DNA of 64,000 nucleotides from Candidatus Omnitrophota bacterium. Lineage in GTDB: Bacteria > Omnitrophota > Gorgyraeia > B26-G9. This document shows positions 8,952 to 18,475 of this stretch, piece after piece. Each line of letters starts with the position of its first letter. Position 1 is the stretch's first letter. The notes beneath the pieces were generated by a model. It made no database searches, was not told the DNA's origin, and saw nothing but the letters and a program-made list of their open reading frames with translations. The stretch spans positions 29,786 through 93,785 of the forward strand of contig JAZDHZ010000007.1 of the NCBI GenBank assembly GCA_043805415.1, written 5' to 3'. Made by a program: the position numbers and the translations under genes.

Positions 8952-10454
8952 ATGAACAATTTTACCCCCCCATGTTACTTATTTCAAAAATTAGGCCGTT
9001 ATTTTGCTGTTTCCACGGTTTCCGGTGATTTTTATGATATTTCTGAGCAAACATACACTGCTTTGCGTAAATGGAATGAACAGCTTTCCTGTTTAGCTAA
9101 ACCAGAAGAAGCGATTGCCGATAAATTAGCCCAAGCGGAAAATATTCCGGATGATATAATCAAAGCTTTTCCTTTGGTTAAGCCTGAATCTTTAGTTAAA
9201 TTAAGCAATGCTGAAAAGTATAATATAAGCGATTTGACCTTAAATTTAACTTCTTCCTGTAATCTGGCATGCATCTATTGCTGGAATGACCAGGGCAAGT
9301 ATTCTGACAATTCATTTGCTTCGGCGCAAACCCCAATCCCAGCCCATCAGCAAAATGTTGAGAAAATGTCGATTAAAACCGCGCAAGCGGCTGTAGATAT
9401 GTTTGTGCAACAGCGCGATCCCGGCACTAAGAATCTGCTGATTGATTTTTATGGCGGCGAGCCATTATTGAATTTAGAGACAATGCGTTTTGTGATTAGC
9501 TATGTGCAGAAGAATGAGGCTAAGTGGGGCGTAAGGATCAGATTTCTCTTAGCCACAAACGCTACTTTGCTTACTCCGTCGATTGCCGAGGAATTGCTGA
9601 ATAATGGAGTGCAAATCGCGGTCAGCCTGGATGGCCCCAAAGAAGTGCAGGATAAGAACCGGCCGTTTAGTGACGGTACAGGAAGTTTTGATACGATTTA
9701 CGCTAATCTGAAAAGCATGGCTCCGGAAACGCTCAAGCGTTTGGTTGGCAGAGCTACGGTTACTCCGGCTTATTGCGATATGGTTAATCTGTACAAATCT
9801 TTAAAAGCTGTCGGGTTTGAACGGATAGAGCTGTTTGAAAGCGAAGATGCTTGCCATCGGATTAATCCGACTCGGCAAACAATGTTTTTTAATACCCCGG
9901 AACAGTATGCGGAATTATGCCGGGAATATGAAAGGCTGGCTTTGCTTTATATTGAAGAAGTGGAAAATGGATTTCTTGATTATCGCAAGACTTTTTTTAA
10001 CCGTTTTTTTAAATTAATGCAAAGATTATATTATCAGCAGGAAGTTTCCGGCGGTTGTCCAGCTGGTCGCGGACAAATAGCGGTTTCTTTGGATGGCAAG
10101 ATTTTCCCCTGCACCGCTTTTATCGGAGTGGATAAGTTTGAGATCGGCAGTGTGGACCAAGGAATTAACCAGGATAAATATAAAGCGTTTATTAAAAAAG
10201 CAGACAAACGCATTGAGCATTGTCAGGAATGTAAATTATTCAGTTTGTGCAGAGCAACCGGCTCTTGTCTGAATCTAAATCATTATTATTGCGGTGATAT
10301 GTGTAAGCCTTATGAAATCGGCTGCAAGTTTTTTACTTTTAAAATAGAATTAGCCATTGCCGCTTTGTCGATTTTATCAGATAAAATTCCCGATTCTTTG
10401 GAAGATTTATTCGGTAATGATCCGGTTGGGGAAAGAGGAAATGTTTATTATTAA
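8952..10454 (+). CDS. Radical SAM/SPASM peptide maturase with N-terminal RRE-like domain (resembles CteB/SCIFF maturases)
   Basis: CNLACIYC, DFYGGEPLLN and VSLDGP; SPASM cysteines CPAGRG...FPC...CQEC...C...GSC...C; N-terminus YLFQKLGRYFAVSTVSGDFYDI resembles the RRE strands of ranthipeptide maturases. Confidence 0.85.
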   Translation: MNNFTPPCYLFQKLGRYFAVSTVSGDFYDISEQTYTALRKWNEQLSCLAKPEEAIADKLAQAENIPDDIIKAFPLVKPESLVKLSNAEKYNISDLTLNLTSSCNLACIYCWNDQGKYSDNSFASAQTPIPAHQQNVEKMSIKTAQAAVDMFVQQRDPGTKNLLIDFYGGEPLLNLETMRFVISYVQKNEAKWGVRIRFLLATNATLLTPSIAEELLNNGVQIAVSLDGPKEVQDKNRPFSDGTGSFDTIYANLKSMAPETLKRLVGRATVTPAYCDMVNLYKSLKAVGFERIELFESEDACHRINPTRQTMFFNTPEQYAELCREYERLALLYIEEVENGFLDYRKTFFNRFFKLMQRLYYQQEVSGGCPAGRGQIAVSLDGKIFPCTAFIGVDKFEIGSVDQGINQDKYKAFIKKADKRIEHCQECKLFSLCRATGSCLNLNHYYCGDMCKPYEIGCKFFTFKIELAIAALSILSDKIPDSLEDLFGNDPVGERGNVYY

Positions 10455-10591
10455 AGATAAAAAGTAAATTTATGATACAGCTGTAATCGAAATAGTCGGA
10501 TTAAATACCCAAAGCGCACTTCTCGCGGAAAAATTTAATTCCATCCAAGAGTTGGGACTGTTAAGCGAATCCGCTTCAAAAAAAACACTAT

Positions 10592-12226
10592 TTATTCCGC
10601 GGCAAACTTCTTATTCCCCGGATAAAAGCTTAAAGCCTTTAGTTTATATGCCGCTCCTTCCGCTTTCATCTGAAAAGAAAAATAGTATTTACTTAAGTAA
10701 TAATAATAAAAAGCATAATTTTTATTCAAATTTATCGCTTTATTATAATAATCAACTGCAGCCTGAGAAAATTTGCCGGGAGATTTACGCTCCGCGCAAA
10801 GCGCGAGAAAATAATATATCGCGTCATTATTTTTCCGAAAGTTTAAAGCCTTATTCGCCTGAGCTATCGCGCTATTTACTTCCTTGTTTTCCATTGACAA
10901 ATACGCTTCATCGAGTAATGTCTGAGATTTATATTCAAGGTTAAGATAAAAAATCATTAATCCACTGAGCAAAATATAAACGCTTTTTGTGAAAAAAACC
11001 GCTGCCACGCCTCCATTGTTTTTCCTTGGCGATAAATCCGGCTTTGGTTTAAACAAGCAGGCGGTAATAATAATCCAAACATATCCGCTCTGAGTTATAA
11101 AAAAACTATAATCAAAAAAATTATGCGCCAAAAAAGCAAGCACGCCTGCCCTTAAACCAATTTCTACCGGATCGCTTGATCGTTTAAAACCGCGCGCGAA
11201 CATATACACCAAGACGCACAAAAACCCGAAAAACATAATTGTCCCGGTTTCTGCCCATAATTGCAAAAACATATTATGGCTATAAATTGTTTCATTAGCA
11301 TCCGGCTGCTTAAACCGCGGATAAACAATCCCGAAATTCCCCAGCCCTATGCCCTTTAGCGGATTTGCTTTAATAACCGCGGCTGAACTTTTCCAATAAT
11401 ATAAGCGCTGGATCAGTGAATTTTGCGGATTATTGATCTCGAGAAAATATTTTGCTCTTTGACTAAACATCGCGCCAAAAATCAGCAATAATAAAACTCC
11501 GGCGATTATCCAGTTTTTTTTATTATTTTCTTTGTCGTTTAATAAATTCCCGCTCATAAAAAATAGAGATACACCAAAAGCTAAATATGCGCCGAAAGAG
11601 CGCGTTAAATATAAACCCGCACATAAAACTAGGAAAATAATCGATAAAACCATACTTTGCTTTACTTGTTTTTGCCGATAACTTTTAATCATATATCCTC
11701 CGAGAACCGGAGCAATGGTTATTAAATACGCGGCAAGCAGATTCGGAGCAAAAAACCAGGAAATTACTCTTTTTTGTTTAAGCATTTCCCAGGCATAAAA
11801 CCCCTGATTTACAATTTGAGCATAAGAATAATGCTGATTGATATAGTCCATACCTGTAAAGAACTGATAAACCGCTCTGATACTTATAAGCGCGGCGGCG
11901 AAAAGCATTAAGTTTAGGAGTATTTTGCGTTTTTCCTGCGACTGCCAGTAAACAAAAATAAAGATCAGCAGGTACATCAGGAATTTTAAAGTCTCATTCT
12001 GGCTATTGTAGGTATTTAGGGAGAACAGGGTATTGAGCAGCAATAGGCCTGATAAACCTAAGGGATAAAAAAAGGTTTTTCGATTTATTATTATTTTCCG
12101 GTCAATAATAATATACAGCGCAAAGCAAACAGTAAAACAAATATCAAAAAAAATTCCCGCGGTTGGCCAGGCTTTTTCGCAGATAAAAACTCTTAGCGCT
12201 AACATGAAAATTATCAAATAGCTCAT
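10592..12226 (-). CDS. O-antigen ligase / O-oligosaccharyltransferase-like membrane protein with C-terminal TPR-like region
   Basis: Multi-TM; PNLLAAYL, LTRSFGA, RLYYW, GIGLGNF and SHNMFLQLWAETG (Wzy_C-type motifs); helical TPR-like tail. Confidence 0.85.
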   Translation of the reverse strand: MSYLIIFMLALRVFICEKAWPTAGIFFDICFTVCFALYIIIDRKIIINRKTFFYPLGLSGLLLLNTLFSLNTYNSQNETLKFLMYLLIFIFVYWQSQEKRKILLNLMLFAAALISIRAVYQFFTGMDYINQHYSYAQIVNQGFYAWEMLKQKRVISWFFAPNLLAAYLITIAPVLGGYMIKSYRQKQVKQSMVLSIIFLVLCAGLYLTRSFGAYLAFGVSLFFMSGNLLNDKENNKKNWIIAGVLLLLIFGAMFSQRAKYFLEINNPQNSLIQRLYYWKSSAAVIKANPLKGIGLGNFGIVYPRFKQPDANETIYSHNMFLQLWAETGTIMFFGFLCVLVYMFARGFKRSSDPVEIGLRAGVLAFLAHNFFDYSFFITQSGYVWIIITACLFKPKPDLSPRKNNGGVAAVFFTKSVYILLSGLMIFYLNLEYKSQTLLDEAYLSMENKEVNSAIAQANKALNFRKNNDAIYYFLALCAERKSPGKFSQAAVDYYNKAINLNKNYAFYYYYLSKYYFSFQMKAEGAAYKLKALSFYPGNKKFAAE

Positions 12227-13215
12227 TTTTTCGCTTTTATTCTTTCTTTTTTTCTTTGCTTGATTCTCTTTTTCAACTTAGCTCTTTTTTTAAAAGCACT
12301 CAGAATAAGCGGCAGTCTAAAAATTATATCCGCGATAACTCTGGGTTCAAAAATCAAACAATAAAGAAAAAGCTTTGCTTCGTAACTAGCGATGTGGTAG
12401 ATATTCAAAAGGAAATCTTTTAAACAGTCATTTTTTATTATTGTCATATAGCGATTTTTTATCAGATCACTTTTCAGACTGGTTTTTAGCCAGGCGAAAT
12501 TATAGGCGCGCAAAAACTCAAAAATCGGTTTCTTTTCTTTGGACGTAGCGCCCCGTTCATGATAGCCGACCGCTTTCGGATTATAAAAAGCTTTCCAGCC
12601 AAAATTGGCCGCTCTCCAGGAAAGGTCAAAATCCTCATAAAACATATTATAATCTTTATCAAAATATTCGTTTTCTTCGATAGCGCAATCTTCCAACATG
12701 CTTTTTCTTAATAAAACCGCTGCCCCGCAAGAACCAAAGACAAAACACTCTTGATCAAACTGCCCCTTATCCAGCGTGCCATAGCCGCGTTCGACTGGCG
12801 TACGTTTTTTGCCAAGCAGCTCCCCGGCAGTATCAATCGTAGTTTTATCCATACGCAGCAATTTACCGCAAACCATGCCGATAGAATCCTCTTTATTAAT
12901 CGCCCTTAACAGCTCCTCAATAAAATTTTCTTTTAAAACAACATCATCATTTAACAGCAAAACAAAATCTGTTTCCATAAAACTAATTGCCTGATTTTGC
13001 AAATAAGTCAATGACGCGTTTTTAGTATTATCAATCCAGGTTATCTGAATAGGACAATTTTCAAAAGTTTGCTTATCCGGGCGTTGCGCTCCATCATAAA
13101 TAATAACCACCTTTTGCACCTGTGCTGTCTGAAGGCAAAGAGAGCTGACCAAATTCTCAAGGAGCTTTTTATTTTTTGCTGTAGTAGTTATTAACGCTGT
13201 AATTGATGAGCTCAT
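12223..13215 (-). CDS. Glycosyltransferase family 2
   Basis: LLNDDV, GAAVLLRK and FYEDFDLSWRA motifs; paralogue of 37223-38149. Confidence 0.9.
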   Translation of the reverse strand: MSSSITALITTTAKNKKLLENLVSSLCLQTAQVQKVVIIYDGAQRPDKQTFENCPIQITWIDNTKNASLTYLQNQAISFMETDFVLLLNDDVVLKENFIEELLRAINKEDSIGMVCGKLLRMDKTTIDTAGELLGKKRTPVERGYGTLDKGQFDQECFVFGSCGAAVLLRKSMLEDCAIEENEYFDKDYNMFYEDFDLSWRAANFGWKAFYNPKAVGYHERGATSKEKKPIFEFLRAYNFAWLKTSLKSDLIKNRYMTIIKNDCLKDFLLNIYHIASYEAKLFLYCLIFEPRVIADIIFRLPLILSAFKKRAKLKKRIKQRKKERIKAKK

Positions 13216-13234
13216 AATTACCTATCCGCTCCTA

Positions 13235-13324
13235 TTATTTTTTGTAGAAATTGGCAAATACCGCTTGAATCACAAATTCCACATCCGAACGTGTCATTTT
13301 CGGATAAAAAACTAATGAGATCAG
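13235..13324 (-). pseudogene. 3' remnant of a DegT/DnrJ/EryC1/StrS aminotransferase
   Basis: Translates as LISLVFYPKMTRSDVEFVIQAVFANFYKK*, resembling the family C-terminus (xSLPxYPxMTxxDVxxV); an in-frame stop lies shortly upstream and it ends right at the GT2 RBS. Confidence 0.55.
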
Positions 13325-13595
13325 CTGGATTTCAATAGTACGGCAATCGCCTTCAATTCATTATCATATGTTTGCGGCCGATAAAAATCAAGCGGCAAAA
13401 TGTACTGCTAAAATCAACTTCTATATTATACCGCATTTCCGCTCTATAAACTTGCATAAACTGAAAATTAAGCTTAATCTTCGACACACCGCGACACGTT
13501 TAATTGGAACCAGAATCGCAGCATATCGCGCAAGGCACAAACCTTATACAAAGATGTCCGCGTTGAGCCTCATGTTTTGACGGTATTATCCTTTG

Positions 13596-15494
13596 TCAGC
13601 GCCCTTTTTGCGCCTTACAAGCAGGAGTTCCGTTGCCGCGCCGTTTCCGAACAACCCACGGCCAGACTAATAAATTCAGACATCCTATCAAAGAAACAGC
13701 GGAAATCACTACTCCAGCATAAAAAAGTACTGGCACCAAGTAAAACGAAACCGTCTGTTTTCCTGTCTGCTCGATCCGCAATGACAGCAATCCCTTGAAA
13801 TTTTCCACAACACCGGCATTTGATTTCCAATTCTTATCGAAATTCTGATTAACAACGACAATTCCCGGCTTCTTAACATCAACGTGAACAATAATTTTCC
13901 GCGGTAAAATGGAACAGCCAGTCACATGATTAAAAGAGTCAATAAAAAACGCTTCCCCTTTATACGCGGGATTAGCGACAATGAAAATTTTTGTACTCGG
14001 AGACATAAAAGCAAACCTATGCATAATAAAATAACGCGGCGTAACCGCAATAGCCCGTCCGAAAAAATCAGCCATTCCCGGATAAAAATTCGTCATGCCA
14101 AAACCTTTGCAATATAAAATAAGTTTTAAAGCCGCGCCACCACCCTCATCTCCTTTGTGCATATTCACTATCCTTACCGTAGAATTAAACGGTTGAAGTT
14201 CAGGTAATTTAAAATCAGTTCTATAATTCCTGAAATAAGCGATATTCGCGCATAACAAATCAACAAATACATAGGCTATAATTAAAATTGATATGATTCT
14301 GAATTTTTTATTAGATAGTTTTTTTTCCAATATCATAAAAAATCCTCCGCTGATAACACTGATCAAAAAAACGATTATCAGCCCATAATATTTTGCCAAA
14401 GAAGATATTGATTTAAAAAAAGGTAAATACCATAAAATCCGATGAAGATCAAGCCAGGAGTTTTGCCCAAACGATAGCACAGTAAAGATTACTAGCAACA
14501 GCAGCCAATGTTTCATTCTTCGAAACAATACAATCCCGGAAAAAAAACATAGTACAACTGGTAAAAAACCGAAATACATTGATCCCACTCCGAAGTTCTC
14601 AGGAACAAACAAACGCTGTAATAATAATGTAATCGAATTCCCATACACAACAATATCCTCATACCTTTGTCCAGTAATATTCATGTCCGCAGACAAAAGC
14701 GCCAAAATCGGCAATATCCTATAGGCAGAAAAAAGCAGGGTAAGAACCAAAACAGCAAAAAAAACAACAAAGCCGCGTTTATGAACCATAAAAGCTTGAC
14801 CGTTTCTTTTTACCATGCCAAACAACGTAATCAAAAAAAGCAATAAAAATAACAAGGGCAAAAACAAAACCGTTGTGATAAAAAATACAGCCACTGTTAG
14901 TGCCGTAAAAAATATATACTTATTATCATGCCGCGCTTTCAAAAAAAGCGCCACGACAAGCGGTAAGAATAAAATGTCTCGATTATAAATTAATCCACAC
15001 TGCTGTATAACCGGAAAAAACCCGCACATTGAAAATGCAAGTGAACAAAATACCGCGCCAAAAATATTATATTTTAAAACAAATCTCGCCAAATAAAACA
15101 TCGAAAGAGCACCGGCAAAATAGGCAAAATACCATCCCGAATTTACTCCGCAAACAATTCCCAATCCCAATACAAGTAAGAAAAAAGGGCTGTAAGAAAA
15201 ATTAAACATTGAAATATTCCAATTTAAACCTCCCTCCTCAAAGGGAACCCAGAATGGAAGCGACCGATCAGCCAGAATACTGGCGTAACTAATCAGATTA
15301 TACGAGCAAGCGCAATACCAATTATAAACCTGATTCTTGTGCGTCATTAACGGCGCCTTATTCAAAGACAATAATAGCGGTAATGTGTAAACAAAAATAC
15401 ACACTAAGATCACAAGCACTGCGGCGCAATGAGAGCGGTAAGCTCCGGACTTTTCTCTCCTAAATATTTTTCCAATCAAGCGCGACACATTCAT
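13596..15494 (-). CDS. YfhO-like polytopic membrane protein (probable GT-C glycosyltransferase)
   Basis: LPFWVPFEEGG N-terminal motif, many TMs, C-terminal soluble domain (NQNFDKNW) and a final TM. Confidence 0.7.
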   Translation of the reverse strand: MNVSRLIGKIFRREKSGAYRSHCAAVLVILVCIFVYTLPLLLSLNKAPLMTHKNQVYNWYCACSYNLISYASILADRSLPFWVPFEEGGLNWNISMFNFSYSPFFLLVLGLGIVCGVNSGWYFAYFAGALSMFYLARFVLKYNIFGAVFCSLAFSMCGFFPVIQQCGLIYNRDILFLPLVVALFLKARHDNKYIFFTALTVAVFFITTVLFLPLLFLLLFLITLFGMVKRNGQAFMVHKRGFVVFFAVLVLTLLFSAYRILPILALLSADMNITGQRYEDIVVYGNSITLLLQRLFVPENFGVGSMYFGFLPVVLCFFSGIVLFRRMKHWLLLLVIFTVLSFGQNSWLDLHRILWYLPFFKSISSLAKYYGLIIVFLISVISGGFFMILEKKLSNKKFRIISILIIAYVFVDLLCANIAYFRNYRTDFKLPELQPFNSTVRIVNMHKGDEGGGAALKLILYCKGFGMTNFYPGMADFFGRAIAVTPRYFIMHRFAFMSPSTKIFIVANPAYKGEAFFIDSFNHVTGCSILPRKIIVHVDVKKPGIVVVNQNFDKNWKSNAGVVENFKGLLSLRIEQTGKQTVSFYLVPVLFYAGVVISAVSLIGCLNLLVWPWVVRKRRGNGTPACKAQKGR

Positions 15495-16339
15495 CCTCCC
15501 ACAGCAACCAGTTCCATGACATAGGTATCACCGCGATCACGATATTCGACATTTTTCAGAAAAAAAGGAAGAAAAAACTGCTTCAACCAGTTTTTCCCCT
15601 TCATTGCTTCAGCTGCTCTGTAATTATATTTTTCAAGATATCCTGATTTAGAAAATTCCATTCTCACAATGCCTAAAAAGGGAACTTGTGAAGATCGCCA
15701 TAAATCCAATCCTTCATCCGTGTACGCGTCTTTTTTATCAGTCGCTACCCAAAAATGAAAACATTGAAAAACGCCAACTGGTGTTTGAATGGTTTCCACC
15801 TGCGGCAACCAACGCAACTTAGCATAATCCACCGTATTTTTTTCGTCCGGAATGTCTTTATAAAATGTATCTGCCAGGATATCCGGCTGATTCAAAAATT
15901 CCTGAGGATCCACCGCGAAACTCTCGCCATCACGCGGAATAATGATTATTTTTCGCGCGGTTTCAAACAAGCTGAATAATCCTTGCGCGATATATGCCGC
16001 GGGGTCTTGAACAAAATCGTTATGATTATAGGGAAGAACTAGCGCTCTAAAAGATATTTCTCTTAATGTATCATTATACACAGCAAGTTCTATCCAAAAA
16101 TATTTATTATCCCCTATAGTTTCTTCATCAATTACAGAAATAATGTATCTATTTTTCTGCGACAAGGACTCTAAACTGATTATCCGGTATTCCGCGAATT
16201 GCCCCACATGAAACGGCAATAATCCGAAACAGCCCGCTTTCGGCTCAGACCATGATCGCGGCACCGCGAACAGCGCGCTAAAGAGAAACACCCCCAGCAG
16301 TATACACATATTTTTTTTCATATCACACATTTTCATCAA
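15491..16339 (-). CDS. Exported hypothetical protein
   Basis: Signal-peptide-like N-terminus; contains ETIQTPVGVFQC and LWRSSQVPFLGIVR; overlaps the next gene by 4 nt. True start may be a later Met. Confidence 0.7.
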   Translation of the reverse strand: MMKMCDMKKNMCILLGVFLFSALFAVPRSWSEPKAGCFGLLPFHVGQFAEYRIISLESLSQKNRYIISVIDEETIGDNKYFWIELAVYNDTLREISFRALVLPYNHNDFVQDPAAYIAQGLFSLFETARKIIIIPRDGESFAVDPQEFLNQPDILADTFYKDIPDEKNTVDYAKLRWLPQVETIQTPVGVFQCFHFWVATDKKDAYTDEGLDLWRSSQVPFLGIVRMEFSKSGYLEKYNYRAAEAMKGKNWLKQFFLPFFLKNVEYRDRGDTYVMELVAVGG

Positions 16340-16390
16340 TTACCCTGTCAGTATTCAAACAAAAACAACCTCAAAAAATCTTTAATAAAA

Positions 16391-17968
16391 TCATTGAAAC
16401 TTATTTGATTTAATAATGTTATCCAGATATTTATTGTTTAAATAATACCTATTTATCCTGTCTTGTTTTTTATCCGGGGTAATGAATGGCGTTATTGATA
16501 TAATAAAATTAATTATTTTCCTAATCCGGAATTCCATAAAAACGCTTCGCCACGCCCCTTGATACACCCTTAATAACACCATTTTCACTATGGGTGAGTG
16601 AGAAAAAAATTTATTAATTGATAACATACTCTTCCCTGAAGGAAGAATCCTCATTTGATTTTTACCCTTAAACCTAAAGGTAGGTATGAATTTGTCATTA
16701 TAAAACATATTTTTAAATTCTATATTCTTGTCTTTTAGCAATGCCGCATAACCCGGCATTGTCACAACAGGCTTAAAATTGGAAAACAGACCCAAATCAC
16801 AAACTCTGTTTACGTTTTTGCGCGTTAATGAGGAAGTCCTCTGCCCGGGAAACCCGTTTACGAACAAGCCTATCACCGTAATCTTATTCTTATTAAGCAT
16901 CCGGTAAATCCGTTCATAGTGGTTTATTACATCAATTTTTTTAGCCCGCATGATTTTATAATTCTTATCAAAGAGCGTTATATCACTATCTTCCAAAGAT
17001 TCTAATCCAACTGAAATAACTTTAAGCCCGGCCGGCACCGCCAATCTAATGAGCTCGGGATTATCAATGAAAACATCCGCGCGCATAGACGCTCCTAATT
17101 TAAAACCAAAATTTTTTTTAATTAAACCCTCCAAAATCGCCGCGTCCCTTTTAACGTTAGATCCAAAGTTATCGTCACTGATATGAACCTGACGAACGCC
17201 TCTTGCGTGCAATAGTTCAAATTCTTCCAGGGTTCTTTCAACAGATTTAAATCTTTGTACATTTCCAAACATTGGCCCCACACTACAAAAAGAGCACTTA
17301 TGCAAACAGCCCCTCGAGGTTTCTATGCACGCGCTCAACCCCTTCGCGCCCAATCCCAAGTCGTAATATTGCAAATCGACCTTTTCCCATCGAGGGATCG
17401 GAGACAAATCCAGATTATCAAGCAATCCCCTTTCCTCATTAAATACTATCTCCGTTTTACCGTCCTCTCGCTTCGGAGGATTACTCCCGGCATCTGTTTT
17501 TTCAAAATCACGCAAATAGGTAATGCCTTGTATCCGGCCGATACCCTTGCCGCGGTTGAAAGCGTCTAATATCTCAGGGAAGGTCTTTTCCGCTTCACCT
17601 CTGACCACAATATCCGCGCCTTTTTCAATCCATTCTTTACTATAAAAAGTTGCGTGATGGCCACCTACTATTATTTTAATCTTCGGGTTCATTATCTTAA
17701 TTAAGCGTATATTCATCTCTATATTTAATGCCACAACACTTTCCGGGCAATTCATACATACAACATCAAACATGTTTATGAGCTTAAAGTAGGATTTGGG
17801 ATCAATGTCCCGAATCGTCGCGTCAAAAATTGTAAATTCAGCGTCAGGATACAAAGATGCCAAAAGAGGATATACCGCGGAGAGCACTCTAAAAATAAAT
17901 TTAGCCGCATCATTGTGTATGGGCCAGCTCTGATAGAATTCTTTCGGTATCAACAAAAGCACTTTCAT
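16391..17968 (-). CDS. B12-binding-domain radical SAM protein
   Basis: IIVGGHHAT, VRGEAE, ETSRGCLHKCSFC, DDNF and VGLES motifs. Confidence 0.9.
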   Translation of the reverse strand: MKVLLLIPKEFYQSWPIHNDAAKFIFRVLSAVYPLLASLYPDAEFTIFDATIRDIDPKSYFKLINMFDVVCMNCPESVVALNIEMNIRLIKIMNPKIKIIVGGHHATFYSKEWIEKGADIVVRGEAEKTFPEILDAFNRGKGIGRIQGITYLRDFEKTDAGSNPPKREDGKTEIVFNEERGLLDNLDLSPIPRWEKVDLQYYDLGLGAKGLSACIETSRGCLHKCSFCSVGPMFGNVQRFKSVERTLEEFELLHARGVRQVHISDDNFGSNVKRDAAILEGLIKKNFGFKLGASMRADVFIDNPELIRLAVPAGLKVISVGLESLEDSDITLFDKNYKIMRAKKIDVINHYERIYRMLNKNKITVIGLFVNGFPGQRTSSLTRKNVNRVCDLGLFSNFKPVVTMPGYAALLKDKNIEFKNMFYNDKFIPTFRFKGKNQMRILPSGKSMLSINKFFSHSPIVKMVLLRVYQGAWRSVFMEFRIRKIINFIISITPFITPDKKQDRINRYYLNNKYLDNIIKSNKFQ

Positions 17969-18161
17969 GAAAACTTCTCCTAAAACTTTCCGTTTAGGCC
18001 CCTGCAGCGACAGGGCATCAATTCCGCAAGTGACCTACGTGAACGCATCCTCAGCGGCGCGCGTTTTCACATCCGGAGAAAATAAGATTATCTCATACAG
18101 CGGATTATCCGTTACCCGTGCAGAATCACGGCAGCGCAGCAGCGGAAGCAAACAGCCCCTC

Positions 18162-18335
18162 TTACCTTTTATTTTCATTCGAGCCGGGGCAGACAGAGCA
18201 CGGCAACAACACCACAATAGAACCTATCAGCGTAATCACGGAAATTATTATCCCTAGATAAAAAAGCACCGGAACGAAATGCAATACTATCGTTTGCTCG
18301 CCCCTTTGGGAAATAGGGAGAGAAATCAACAAAGC
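18162..18335 (-). pseudogene. 3' remnant of a paralogue of the YfhO-like gene at 13596-15494
   Basis: A frame absent from the ORF track reads ALLISLPISQRGEQTIVLHFVPVLFYLGIIISVITLIG..., aligning with GLLSLRIEQTGKQTVSFYLVPVLFYAGVVISAVSLIG of the intact gene; in-frame stops lie just upstream. Confidence 0.75.
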
Positions 18336-18475
18336 CGTAAAAAGATATACCTGTTATCATCCTGCGCTTTTAGAAAAAAGGCCGTCATCAGCGGAAAAAA
18401 TCTGTTTGAAAACCTCACGGCAACCATCGCTTCCCTCATTCCCTCGCGACAGGAAAACAATCGCCTCGGTATATT

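Noticed and set aside
10563-10585. Hairpin AAGCG-aatc-CGCTT with an A-run between convergent genes, as a terminator
   Set aside because: The stem is only 5 bp and the U-tract is on the wrong side for either strand.
18175-18360. 61-aa minus-strand ORF listed in the track
   Set aside because: The homology signal lies in a different frame (YfhO-like remnant), so this ORF is probably spurious.
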